A stretch of 64,000 nt of DNA from Eledone cirrhosa (Eukaryota): positions 220,348,001-220,412,000 of the forward strand of contig OZ024741.1 in assembly GCA_964016885.1 (NCBI GenBank). Direction: 5' to 3'. Under the pieces are notes generated by a model. The model was not told where the DNA came from and did no database searches. It worked only from the letters and a program-made list of their open reading frames with translations. Positions 40,627 through 53,902 of the stretch are shown here, one piece after another; within the stretch, counting starts at the first letter, position 1; the number at the start of each line of letters is the position of its first letter. Made by a program: the position numbers and the translations under genes.

Positions 40627-41054
40627 ATATATATATATGGTCGTTTCTATGGTTGTGCGGATGACGGTTTAACCATCGTCTCAGTGTGTTTGGCCTTTAA
40701 CGTATGTTGTAGCTCTGGTTCGTCAGAATTATTGAGCGCTTGCCACACATCTCGAAAGTTGTTTTTCGCTAATTCCTAAGCCGAAATACGATTCTCGCTA
40801 ATTTATATTTGTATATATATATATATATAGATATGTATATATATGTATATATATATATTTCGTTTCTGAATTTGTTTAGCAAGATTCTTTATCTGAAAAC
40901 GTGTGTTGAAACCGATATTGTTATGCTTTGGGAGGGTCATGTTGCCAATAAGAAACACACGGCCCAGTTGCTTTCACTTCAATTTATAAATTTAGGAATT
41001 TATAAATTTCCGGTTGGTTGGTTGGTTCCACAACCAGACGATTGTTCATATATT

Positions 41055-41097
41055 GTCAAAGTTCTTTCGTCACACATTCTGTGACCTCTTCAGTGAC
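41055..41097 (-). ncRNA. Type I hammerhead, family F (element 40857-41110)
   Basis: gtca-CTGAAGA-g-gtcaca(gaatg)tgtgac-GAAA-GaaC-TT-tgac. Confidence 0.7.
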
Positions 41098-41113
41098 TGG
41101 GTATTCTTTTATA

Positions 41114-41175
<62 letters not shown>

Positions 41176-41261
41176 TACGTTATTCCGGGTTGAATCGGAG
41201 TTAACCACAATAAGTAAGGTACTCAATACATAGCAGAGTATAAAAGTTTTAATATAGATGA

Positions 41262-41310
41262 GATTCTACAGGACTAGAACTGTTTCAATCTTTAGAAATC
41301 ATCAGGAATC
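41262..41310 (-). ncRNA. Type I hammerhead, family C, GUA site
   Basis: gattc-CTGATGA-tttctaaagatt-GAAA-CAG(ttctagtc)CTG-TA-gaatc; element ~41176-41730 with a ~195-bp internal duplication. Confidence 0.7.
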
Positions 41311-41773
41311 CGGCTTTCCAAAAATAAATGTTGTGGTTTTTATATCTTTTCAGGTGGTAGGAGAGGGTGGGGAGTGGGATGGGTAGAAGTCATTGGTTGA
41401 AAGAAAAGGGAATTCATTAAAAGCTAATTCTTTAAGGCTATAATTTATATTTAGAGTGACAAAGGCAGAAATAATTCTATAAACAAGTTCAGAATGGGGT
41501 GCCACTCCTTATTTTTAAGTTTCTCTTAAACTAACAATGCCTATATTTCAGGTGTCTATAAGATCGTTGGGGGTCGGTCATGGTTGATGGATTTAAAGAA
41601 AAGGGAAATTCTTTAAAAAGCTAATTCTTTAAAGTTCTACTAGAGTGACAAAGGCCTAGAGAATTCTATAGACCAGTTCAAAATATTGGGTGACTATCAT
41701 ATCATTATCTTCAAATTTCTCTTAAGCTATATTCCAGGTACCTACAGGTACAGTCACATACACACACACACAA

Positions 41774-41808
<35 letters not shown>

Positions 41809-41991
41809 AACAAACACACTTATATATTTGTATATATATATATATATATATGTGTATAGATATATATATATGTGTGTATGGATTCACCGAACATTTATTA
41901 TAATGCTCGGTGTGTTTGTAAAAAAACATCCCGTATTAAGCCGTAGTGTCCAGCAACCATCGTTGCTCGTTCGTTCAACACTGACAAAGGA

Positions 41992-42034
41992 ACGCTGTAC
42001 TAGTTTCAAGCTTATCAGCTATCGTCAGCAACGT
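41992..42034 (-). ncRNA. Minimal type I hammerhead, family E, palindromic stem III
   Basis: acgttg-CTGACGA-t-agct(gata)agct-t-GAAA-CTAG-TA-cagcgt; stem I extendable to 41981/42049. Confidence 0.8.
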
Positions 42035-42737
42035 ATACCTTCCTGCCAGATTGTTGAACGTATATATTTAGGATTCTACAAAATTGAAAGCCACTTCAAC
42101 TTGCCTGAATTCCAAGACTGAGATCTTCAGATGTTGTCCTCACCTGAAATCACATCTGATCTGTAACTAGATTGACATTCCTACGATGACTCAACCACCT
42201 TGAACTTCTTCTCTGCTCTCTACCCCTTTCATCCACTACGATTTTTGTTACTTTCTGAACTCACTTTCTGTACTCTTATATTCTTTTTCTCCCTTATCTC
42301 CCTTTAAAGTTTTTCCTATGTTATTTATTTTCCTTATTCCTCCCTACTTTCTACCTTACCCTTTACATACCCACCTTTTTTATTTATAGATATTTATTTC
42401 TGTGTGTATGTATGTGTTGTGTATATGTGTATATATGTATATATATATATATGTATGTATATATATATATATATGTATATAATTGTATATATCTGTATGT
42501 ATATGTATGTGTGTGCATAATTATATATATCTGTGTGTATATGTATGTGTGTATATATATATGTGTGTATGTGTGTGTGTGTTTATATATGTGTGTGTGT
42601 ATTTTTATTAATATGGTAACTTTTTGTATGTATGTGTGTGTGTATATGTGTATATGTATATATTTATATATATATATATATAGTAGCCGTCGAAACGGCT
42701 TGAGATCTGCCGTCGTGGTCATACTTTTTCCTATATA

Positions 42738-42805
<68 letters not shown>

Positions 42806-43185
42806 TGTGTGTGTGTGTGTGTATTTGTATGGTTGTGTGTGTGTGTATATATATATATATGTGTGTATGTATATGCATAATTACATACAGAGTGATTTAA
42901 TGTTTATTTTCATTGATTATTTGGTCCAGTAATTGTTGAGTGCTCTAAATCAGCTATAAACATTTATACCTTTATCTATTTATTTATTTATTTATTATTT
43001 GTCATATTCCCAACTATTTGTTTACCACTTCCACCTTTTTATTTTTATATATATATAATATTTATGTATTTTCTTATATATATATATATATCAAAACAAG
43101 GTATTTTTGCGAGCAATGAACCTTGACGTAGATTTAATCCCCAAAACTCTTTCCGAGCAATGTAAGGAACACTTTTGGTTATTTA

Positions 43186-43224
43186 TACCCTTGAGAAGCC
43201 CACCGGGCGAAACGTACGTAGGTG
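43186..43224 (+). ncRNA. Minimal hammerhead, U3:A8 variant (family J)
   Basis: tacc-c-TTGAGAA-gccc(acc)gggc-GAAA-CGtaCG-TA-ggtg. Confidence 0.65.
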
Positions 43225-43449
43225 CTGTTTTAAATAAACATGTTTTACCGGTCTATTCTCCGATTTCTTACTTTCCCACGTGCATACGCTCTGCTAACTC
43301 TCTAGCCCACTAAATATTAACACTTCGAATATTTAATACTGCCGGCACTAGTATCGAGCAACTTTGGCATACGCTACTTGGCAAATAACTATATGTATCA
43401 CCTATCCTCCCTTTTTTTCTCTCTCTCGATACGTAAATACTGTATATAA

Positions 43450-43537
<88 letters not shown>

Positions 43538-43592
43538 CTGTATATATATATATATGTATGTATGTGCGTCTATATATATATATATATATGTA

Positions 43593-43684
<92 letters not shown>

Positions 43685-43685
43685 A

Positions 43686-43716
<31 letters not shown>

Positions 43717-44214
43717 TATGTGTGTCTATGTGTGTGTGTGTATGTATATATTTATATGTATGCATGTGTAAATGTGTGTATTGCTTACCACTTGTGTCCT
43801 TTCCGGTATTGCTCTCAACTTTATAATAATTTTTATTTTTATTTTCTTAAGACCTATATTTTTTATTTTGATTTTTACGTGACGGCCTATTGCATAATAT
43901 GGTTGTCCATTGTTTTTTATTTTTATTTTTTATTATTATTTTTTATTATAATTAATTGCGTGTGTGCGTATGTACGTATGTAGGTGTGTGTACATATATC
44001 TATATATGTGTGTGCGTATGTATGCGTGTATATATGTGTGTATGTACGTTTGTGTATGTACGTCTGTATATATGTATGATTATGTGTGTTTATATATATA
44101 TACATGTGTGTGTTTGTGTATTTGTGTGTATGTGTATGTATGGATATGTATATATATATATTTATATATATATGTATGTATATGTATATGTATATATATA
44201 TGTGTGTGTATATA

Positions 44215-44290
<76 letters not shown>

Positions 44291-44312
44291 GTGTGTGTGT
44301 GTGTGTGTCTAT

Positions 44313-44402
<90 letters not shown>

Positions 44403-44487
44403 ATGTGTGTTTATCTACTTTTATACTTATTCATATAGACTATATTTTTGTTTTTAAAATCCACTGTCAATAAATACACCAGGATTT

Positions 44488-44548
44488 TTTCATTCTCATG
44501 ACTGAAAGCAAATTTTGTTTGCTTTCAAGAAACCACTGGTAAATGAAA
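44488..44548 (+). ncRNA. Family G hammerhead with a G5C core mutation (element ~44435-44640)
   Basis: tttcatt-CTCATGA-c-tgaaagcaaa..tttgctttca-a-GAAA-CCAcTGG-TA-aatgaaa. Confidence 0.65.
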
Positions 44549-44636
44549 TAATTATCTTATGTTGTTTATTACATAACTATTAAGCTCTGTAACCTACATA
44601 GAGCACTCTTTTTTCCTGGACCTTTCCGACGGAATT

Positions 44637-44698
<62 letters not shown>

Positions 44699-44735
44699 TA
44701 TATATATATATATATATATTATTTATATATATATA

Positions 44736-44804
<69 letters not shown>

Positions 44805-44902
44805 TATTATATATATTATATATATATATATATATTATTTATATATATATATATATATTATATATATATATATAAATAATATATATATATATAATATATA
44901 TA

Positions 44903-44933
<31 letters not shown>

Positions 44934-44934
44934 A

Positions 44935-44978
<44 letters not shown>

Positions 44979-44982
44979 ATAT

Positions 44983-46645
44983 TGCACTCGGGGCTACTTT
45001 TTTATTAAGTTAATAAGTTGAGGGGCGACGTGAAGAGAGTGGTTTGACAGAGAGACGTTGGGTGGAGTAGGGTTCAAAGATATTATTGCAGGGTGCTTTG
45101 TAGACAACGTTCCTAGTGTTGCCCAGGTTACCACAAAAGAAAGATTGTGTGGACTGCCGACGCGGGAGCATCCGACGTATAGTTGACCATGGGCAACTAC
45201 CTGCTGTGTTAGATTTGGGCCAACCAGCCAACCACTTGCAGCGATTGTCCTTGTGCTTTGTTAATGCTCATTGCAGAGCAGAGTTTTATGGGAAACTGCC
45301 ATCGCGTAAATTCATAGGGGACGTCAGAGGGACTAAGGCTCATAGGGGTAATTAACCTGGTCAAGCCAGCAGTGGGTCCGCTCAAAATGGTTGCGTCCAG
45401 AATTTTGGTCCTTATTTTTTTAATGATTAAACGCGTTCCGATGCATAGTTCTGGTGCAGGTTTCTCAGCAGCATATCTGACACACGACCCTTCAGTTTCA
45501 GATCATGAGGAGGAAGTCCTGGAGGTAGTTGACTGTTGAGGAATTCAATTGGGTAGATGACGGCGTCGTCCGCGTTTTTATTGGTGTCAATCGACTTGAA
45601 GGAGACTTCATTTCCGGGAATCTGATCGAGTTGTTTTTGGTTCATCACTTCATCAGTGGCATTGTGTGGTGCCAAAATAGCTCTCCCTTTCAGCCAGGTG
45701 TGATCATGGAATCGTGATTCAAGGTCTGGAAATACAGATGATATTTATTCGTCAATTTTTGACACAAAGTTCCCAAAAAGCAAACGGATATGCTCTTCAT
45801 CCACTCCAGGTGTAATTCCATTACCAACTTCCAGTAGATGTTTTGAGAAATCAATGGAGTCTGAGTCAAATCAATGGAGTCTGAGTCACCATGCACATGC
45901 ACTCTCATGTTGGTAGTCAGATGTAGTTTGTGGGCATACTGCCATACGTAGGACGACTTGATGAATGCGTTCACTTCGTCAGCTCTAGTGCCTCTAGTGA
46001 TAACAGGAAGAGTCTGTCGGAAATCGCCAGCCAGCAGTACTGTCGCTCCACCCATGACACGTGAGTTCCGACGCAAGTCTTGAGAGTTCGATCCAGCGCC
46101 TCAAAGGGCGCCTTGTGACTCATGATAGCCTCGTCCCATATGATCAGGCAGCACCCAGAAAGAAGATGTGCTTTAGGGTCGCCACGATCTATTCTACATG
46201 TAGGATTCTCCTTCTTTGCAATGTCCAAAGGCAATTTGAATGCGGAGTGTGCCGTACGCCCGCCATGTAACAGTGTCGCCGCAATACCACTGGAGGCATA
46301 CTATAGAAGCAGTGTAAAAGTATTTTATGTTAAATACTGAATCACTGAGAGCATGTAGTCGTTTCAATAAAAAGTTGCATTAAAACAGGGAGGCATTGAA
46401 TGTAAAATGCTAAGCTAAAAGCGAAAAATTAATGTCATTGTTTACGTATAATGAATTGGACATGCTTCACTAAGAGATGGATGGATATAAAAGTATTTTA
46501 GGTTAAATAGTATAGGGAGGTGTGTAGGATACATACATACATACATACATACATACATACATACATACATACATACATACATACATACATACATACATAC
46601 ATACATACATACACACACACACGACGCTCAGTTTTATCGTGTTGA
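44983..46645 (-). mobile_element. Internally deleted Helitron with a PIF1-like helicase pseudogene (~45085-46297)
   Basis: ASSGIAATLLHGGRTAHSAFKLP, IIWDEA, GDFRQTLPV, LTTNMR, FLNS..P.GLPPH.L, MSINKAQGQSL, HGQLYVGCSRV. Putative 5' TC end at ~46645 next to an (ACAT)n tract. Confidence 0.85.
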
Positions 46646-46730
46646 TGTATGTGTGCTATGCGAGCGACGACAGATCAAAGATATATAACACGTTACTGAA
46701 AGTTAACTAAAGTTTGATGGTCTTTCTCTG

Positions 46731-46811
<81 letters not shown>

Positions 46812-46814
<3 letters not shown>

Positions 46815-47199
46815 TATCTAACACCTTAATTGTATCTCTCTCTGCCAAACGGCCTATCTCTCTCTGCAGTGTTGTCATATAGGCAGTGAAGAGCGACAGA
46901 GAGAGTAAAGCAGTTAAATTATAGAGAGGGGGAATGATCTATTATAGAGAGAGCGTAGAGCAACGGAGAGAGTAAAGCTAAGAAACTATAGAGAGGTAAA
47001 ATGGATAGAAAAAGACTATTTTCGGCCCTAGAGACCACATTTTTCAATTTAGAGGACCCCAAGTAGACTTGTCGCTTCCTCGGCACCTTTTAGATTAATG
47101 TGTAAATTTTCATGACAATCAGAGCATTGGGACTACCCTTTTGCCTGTATCCAGACACGACTCAGACAATTTTCGCCCATTTCACATTTATATAATAGA
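46812..47199 (-). mobile_element. Probable non-autonomous Helitron 5' fragment
   Basis: Ends ..tttatataatagat like the other Helitron 5' termini; contains a gtgtaaattttcatgacaatc motif. Confidence 0.4.
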
Positions 47200-47216
47200 T
47201 ATATATATAGAATAGC

Positions 47217-47896
47217 GGCATAGGTTAAGAATAACGTTCGCGAAAATGAAAGTCAATTTTCTGACAAGTGAATGTTTGTTTGTTTTTTTTACAGTGAAAA
47301 TTACGATACACACGCAATTGTTTATTTACAACAGGTCTCTATAGTGATATGGTGTTAATCAGTATTGCGTGTATGATTATTTTCTCTTATATATATATGT
47401 GTGGGTGTGTATATGTGTGTATATGTGTGTATATATATGTGTGTCTGTATGTATATATATATGTGTGTTTGTATATATATATATGTGTTTGTGTCATCAT
47501 CATCGTTTAGATGTTTTTACCCAAATCTCTTATCATTCTCTGTCCTTCTTATGACCCGGCCTTAATTTCTTTATAGTTGGTCCCAACTTTGGCAAGATAT
47601 TACAAAAACATCTAAACGATGATGATGACACAAACACATATATATATACAAACACACATATATATATACATACAGACACACATATTAATAGACACATATA
47701 CACACCCACACATATATATATAAGAGAAAATAATCACACACGCAATACTAATTAACACCATATCACTATAGAGACCTGTTTTAAATAAACAATTGCGTGT
47801 GTATTGTAACTTTCATTGTAAAAAAAAACAAACAAACATATTCACTTGTCAGAAAATTGACTTTCATTTTCGCGAACGTTATTCTTAACCTATGCC
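47217..47896. mobile_element. Non-autonomous foldback DNA transposon, MULE-like (long TIRs, 9-bp TSD)
   Basis: ~300-bp TIRs starting GGCATAGGTTAAGAATAACG, ~85-bp spacer; flanks tagaatagc (47208-47216) / tagaatagg (47897-47905). Confidence 0.8.
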
Positions 47897-48135
47897 TAGA
47901 ATAGGTTTGGCTTTATTATATAGAAGCTACGCAACATGACAACTGCAGCTTCATGACGTCTGTCTTGTCCATTAGACTCCTATACCGGTCTAGTTACGTT
48001 AGCCGACGTTTGGGGAAACGGGGGGGGGGGTCCGCGTTTGATTTGCCGATTTTTGAGGGTTGGTATGGTTTGGGAAGTTTATGGGTACTGATTGGAGCAA
48101 TAACCGCCATATATATATATATATATATATATATA

Positions 48136-49125
48136 CTAGCAGTAAAGCCCGGCGTTGCTCGGGGTCTCTCAGTAGCTGTGTTAAAGTTACAATGTTAAGT
48201 TTCTTTCTTGGCTTAAAAACTGTAGTGTCTACTGTGCAGACTTGCATGTGGTGTTTTTGATTAATATTCCCTCAACCAACAATATGCCTTATGAAGTTAA
48301 GAAAACATAACGATAACCCGAATGTTATAACAAAAGAGGATGCTGGGGATAGAAACTGCACTGGTTATTTATTAACAAAGATCGAAAATGTAAACACTGC
48401 AACGCAGAGAAAACCATTAGCGTAACCAAATTATCAGTTATGTCTGTCTGCACGCCTATATCACCTCTCTGCACGACTGTCTGTCTGCACGCCTATATCA
48501 CCTCTCTGCACGACTGTCTATCTGCACGCCTATATCACCTCTCTGCACGACTATCTGTCTGCACGCGTATATCACCTCTCTGCACGACTATCTGTCTGCA
48601 CGCGTATATCACCTCTCTGCACGACTGTCTGTCTGCACGACTGTCTGTCTGCATGCCTAACGACGAAATATTTGCTTGTTTTACGTAGTCTTTAAATAGA
48701 CTTGTTTTCAAGTAAAAATATTGTTTTAAAATGCTTTTAAATGGAAATGAAGCAAAACGGAAGCTTAGTGTTCGAACTGATGAATTTTGCAGGTCAATAT
48801 TTTGCTGGCTCGACAACTAACTGTTCGTGTATTGTGTTAATGTCATTTTAAACGCTGAGAAAGCCAGCGTAATTTTTTACGTAAGACGCTCAATGTAAAC
48901 AGAACAAAGGGAAATAACTGATCACTTACGCTCAAAAATCGATACATTATATTCGATTTCGTCAGATAGGGTGGGTCAATTTGAAATTTGTTTTTTTCCG
49001 ATGTCTTCGCTAGGGCTCAATGTACAAGTATAGCAATTTCGGTGCAATTCCGTGAGAGATTCTAAGAGGAGATGTGTGCCAAAAATCGATAGACAGACAG
49101 ACAACCACAGTTTTATATATATAGA
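48136..49125 (-). mobile_element. Non-autonomous Helitron
   Basis: Minus strand: A|TCTATATATATAAAA...CCCGAGCAACGCCGGG hairpin...CTAG|T; internal 37-bp minisatellite at 48441-48655. Confidence 0.8.
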
Positions 49126-49275
49126 TAAGCAAAAAGGATATTCAATTTGTTGGTAATTCAACAGATATAAATATAAATGATTTTAACTGATTCAGAGCAC
49201 TCGACAAGTTTTCTGGAGTATAATATTCAATGATATTAAATAAATGGAAGGAAACTGTATTTATAAAACCATATT

Positions 49276-49336
49276 TATTCTATTATATATATTTCAAGGG
49301 TACCAAAACTTTGGTACGCTTTCATCAGATAAAATA
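49276..49336 (-). ncRNA. Type I hammerhead, family A (mirror copy)
   Basis: Reverse complement of 49463-49523. Confidence 0.8.
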
Positions 49337-49462
49337 CAAAGTTTGTTTTATAAATTTTGACATAGCCAAGGAAAAATACCTTAACGGTTCAAGTTATCCA
49401 AGGAAAACTTGAACTTAAGGTATTTTTCCTTGGTTATGTCAAAATTTATAAAACAAACTTTG

Positions 49463-49523
49463 TATTTTATCTGATGAAAGCGTACCAAAGTTTTGGTACC
49501 CTTGAAATATATATAATAGAATA
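49463..49523 (+). ncRNA. Type I hammerhead, family A, canonical CUGAUGA
   Basis: tattttat-CTGATGA(49471)-aagcgtaccaaa..tttggtaccctt-GAAA(49504)-tatata-TA-atagaata. Confidence 0.8.
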
Positions 49524-49562
49524 AATATGGTTTTATAAATATAGTTTCCATTTATTTAATAT

Positions 49563-49604
<42 letters not shown>

Positions 49605-49608
<4 letters not shown>

Positions 49609-49765
49609 AAATGTGTGAGATCCTTGGTACAGTTAGGTATATTTGAAAAAAAGGAAAAGAATGACTTCATTTGTAGTTCTTAACAATTTGATTTAATTTT
49701 ATAATATTATAATATAAAATTAAATCAAATTGTTTAGAACTACAAATGAAGTCATTTTCCCCTTT

Positions 49766-49770
<5 letters not shown>
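49605..49770. repeat. 130-bp palindrome plus tail, family I
   Basis: Arms 49640-49770; homologous to 1973-2078; no HHR core retained. Confidence 0.7.
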
Positions 49771-49809
<39 letters not shown>

Positions 49810-50285
49810 TTATACGTGTGTGTGTATTTATATAAACACTGTTTTTACATACAAAATGTCTTAGACAGTAAAGCCAAGGTTCAAAAGTACTGAGTGGCAG
49901 TGAGAGGTAAAAATAAATGTAAGGAGTGAGAACAAGGTAGAAACTGAGGAGAGATAATAAATAGGAATAAGAAAAAGATAGTGATATGACTTTATGCCAA
50001 GTATTTGCTGTTGCCATCTTCACAACTACCACCAGGACTACCACCACCAACACCACTACTACTACTACCACCACCATTACTACTACTACCACCATCACCA
50101 ACATTATTGCTACTACTAATACTACAAGTTGTAGTATTTATCACTACAGCATTTTATTATTTTTTTTAGTATTGACTATATTTCACTAGTTAATACAGTA
50201 AAAATTCAATAAGTGACTAACATTACAATAGTTTGTTATTTTGTCTAGGAGAAAAAATAACAAAGTCCCTGCTTTATATACACAC

Positions 50286-50386
<101 letters not shown>

Positions 50387-50602
50387 TACTCAAACACTAA
50401 GCAGATCAGAACAGGATATGCCGCCATTAAAGCTATTGGTTGCCATTATTTTTTACCATTGACAACAATGAATGTTCTTTTAGATGTTCTCAAATCTTGT
50501 TAAATAAGATTTGCAGGAAACGTACGAAGGGAGAAGTGATAAATAGCTTAAGTAACTGGACCGTGATTGAACCAAGAAAGATGAATATGTTGTTTTCTTC
50601 AT

Positions 50603-50682
<80 letters not shown>

Positions 50683-51933
50683 TTGTTATTACTTTATTAA
50701 TATTCTTCAGACATCACTAAGCGGCATTCAGTCTGAAATGAGTGTCTTGTCAATATATTGATGATGATAAGGAGCATTGAACTTTCCTGTATCTAACTTA
50801 CATTAATATCAGACTGGTGAACGTTAAAAGAAGCGGTTTATTGAGAAGTCTGACATTATGGCGGACTGCTCGTTATAATGTCTGTAGACTCAATACTGAT
50901 TAGTTCACGTGTGCGGCTGGGAGTCGACCGACAGTAAAACTAATACCATATCATAAATCTCTTTCTAATACTGGATGGATGCTCTTATTTATCTACAACT
51001 CGTTTTTAAGTAATTGAATACCTGTAATATATGGTAGAATGCTTTGCAGTATTCGTTTTGGCTCTATGATCTCTGACTTCAATTCTCGTCGAAGTCAACT
51101 TTGCATTTCGTCCATTCGTGGTTGATAAAAAAAAGTACCAGTCAAATACTGGGGTTGATTCTTCCTGCATATCTCTTTCTCACTTTCATTCTCTCATTCT
51201 CTATCGTTGAATTAAAGAAATCTGCTGTATTCAGACCTGGAGAAGAGATAAACTCCCCCAGGTTTTAAAAAGTGCCCTGAATGTCAATACGGTGTCCCCA
51301 AAACTGCATCAGGGGTTACGGGACCATATATACAAAATACGATGTAGGCTAGCGATATTACTGCTTTAATATGGAGATAGTTATTGTAGCATTGAATACT
51401 GCTGTATGGACATGGTCAATTATTGTTGCAAAGTCTACTATAATATGATCATATTTATTATAACAATAACTTTCGTAGCGTGAAGGCACATGGCTTAGTG
51501 GTTAGAGCATGGGGCTTGCAATCGAAAGGTTGTGAGTTCAATTCTCGGACCGGGTGATGTGTTGTTTCCTTGAGCAAGACACTTTATTTCAGGTTGCTCC
51601 AGTTTACTCTGCTGTAGAAATGAGTTGATCGTTAAATTACCCAAGACACCTTCAACGAGATAAACCTTGGAGGAGGCCAGCTGAACCTGCATAGGTGTGA
51701 GCTGTTTCTTCTCTCTATCTTTTGTAGCAAGGCCATAGTCATTTAGCTGCGAGTTATATGTCTGAAGATATAAATCCCATTTTTAAATAGTTCTCTCTGT
51801 TCAGGTAAAATAGTTCAATATATCGGAAGAAATCCTCCTCCCCTACATTGCCTTTATTGTCTGTCTATAACGTAGATATCCCCATCTTGGTATTAATTTC
51901 GCTCAGTGTATTTAATTACCATTTATAATTATA

Positions 51934-52901
51934 CTAGCATTAAAGCCCGGCGTTGCTCGGGGTCAGTAAGTTACCAAAGTTAGGTTGCACCACCCATTTT
52001 ATGGCAGCACTTTTTTGTCTGCCAGGCACTGGGTGACTGAATTGCAGACCTGGACTGTCGAAGCAGGAGCTGCGCCAGCAGTGACAATTGTAGTTTCGCC
52101 TATGGATATTATCTCTGTGCAAAGAAGTGTTGAAATATATTGTTTCACAGTACTTGCCTAACACGCGCGTAGACGATGCCAGCCGAACAACAGAGCTGCG
52201 ATGGAGTTGTTCTGTATGGTTGTCTAATGTGTGTTTTCTAAATTTAAGACAATAGGGATGGGTGTGTTATGGGGGAGAGTTAGCTGCTGTTTCTTGCAGG
52301 TTTAGTAACCTCATAGAGGATATGTTTTCTAAATTTAAGACAATAGGGAGTGGTGTGATATGGGGGAGAGTTAGCTGCTGTTTCTAGCAGGTTTAGTGAC
52401 CTCATAGAGAATATTATTGTGTATAGTAAATAAACTGATACTTCTTTCTTCCATGTTCGTTGAGAGGTTTTAAAAAAGATTTATCGCTATTTTTTGTTGT
52501 TGAATAAATTTATCTGTTCCTTTTGAATAATTGTTGTTTCGTATGAAATGTAATAAGTTCTCTTTGTCATTGAAGTAAATAAATGTTTGACCGTTCCACA
52601 CTCAAAAACAAACGTTCTCTCTCTCTCTCTTCTCTCTCTCTTCGGCGTTCCTAAAGGAAATTTGTAAACATGTATGTAGTTGTATCGAATTGTAAGGGGA
52701 GTAGAGAGAGGTAATCAGATTGTATTGATTTTTAAAGCGTCATGTATTTAGTTTTATCGATTATTTCCGTAATTGTGGGGGGTGGTGAATGAAATAAATA
52801 GTCGTTGAACTCAGTCAGACCATTTACAACATTCTTACAGACTTTGAGTCGAATCGGTTTGAAATTGTGCAAATGTATAAACATGGAACTTGCACACAAC
52901 C

Positions 52902-52932
<31 letters not shown>

Positions 52933-53018
52933 ATACATACACACACACACACACACATACACACACAACACAACAACAACAACAACAACAACAACAATCT
53001 GCCTTTTATAGATAATGA
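51934..53018 (-). mobile_element. Non-autonomous Helitron (same 3' terminus family as 48136)
   Basis: actagcattaaagcccggcgttgctcggg at the left end; ttttatagataatgat at the right end; internal ~90-bp direct repeat at 52232-52410. Confidence 0.7.
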
Positions 53019-53029
53019 TTAGGGAAATG

Positions 53030-53636
53030 TATTGGCAGAATCATTAGATCAATGAACAACATATTTTGTGAGGTTAGTTTTTGCCTTCATTCTTATGTGG
53101 TCGATAAAATAAAGTTCCATTAATGCACTAGAGTCGATTTAATCTACTTTCACCTCCCCCAAATTGCTGGCCTTGTGTCTAAACCAGGAACCATTATTAT
53201 TCATAATTATAGGCGGTGGATTGGCAGTATTGGTAGAGTGTCGGATGCCATGCTTTGGCGCATAGAGTTACGGCCCTTGCCATCCTGAGTTCAAATCCCG
53301 CCGAGGTTAACTTTGCCTTTCATCCTTACGGGGTCGATAAAATAAAGTACCAGTAATACACTGGGTAATTGCTGGCCTTGTGCCTAACGTAGATACAATT
53401 ATTATTCATAATTATATTAGGGAGGTGGATTGGCAGAATCGGTAGAGCGTCGGATAACCTACTCTGCGGCATATAGTTACGTTCCTCTAAGTTCTGAGTT
53501 CAAATGCCGCCGAGTTTAGCTTTGCCTTTCATCCTTACGGAGTCGATCAAATAAAGTACCAGTAACGCACTGGGGTCGATTTAATCGACTTTCCCCTCCC
53601 CCCAAATTGTTGGCCTTGTGCCTAAATCAGAAAGTA
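53030..53636 (+). mobile_element. Three tandem family-1 SINE copies
   Basis: Units at ~53030, 53211, 53420; the last two are nearly complete. Confidence 0.85.
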
Positions 53637-53805
53637 TTATCCATAGTTATGTTTGTATTTTAATTATATAGTTTATATTCTTGAATGTTGGTATATAAAT
53701 GATGTTCTAGACATATTCTATTAACTTCATTCAGCTAATCTATCTCCTGAAGTAGTGCTTACATAGCCCTTTCAACTGAACAACAAAGAGAATTATATAT
53801 ATATG

Positions 53806-53854
53806 TATGATTTTCAAAAGTAAAATTGAGATGGAGGGTTTGTGTTTCTCTTGT

Positions 53855-53902
<48 letters not shown>

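Larger units (their letters stand above)
49140..49567. mobile_element. Family A palindrome (~49230-49565) plus tail
   Basis: Arms are reverse-complementary; the tail is homologous to 18596-18682. Confidence 0.85.

Noticed and set aside
40660-40735. CTGACGA on the - strand within a TA-flanked island
   Set aside because: No GAAA correctly placed after a stem II and no stem I partner.
50478-50532. Hairpin followed by GAAACGTACG
   Set aside because: No recognisable CUGANGA core or NUH site; at best a heavily decayed HHR.
53211-53310. Possible tRNA gene
   Set aside because: A/B boxes are present but with an insert, no clean cloverleaf and a SINE body downstream; it is a SINE head.
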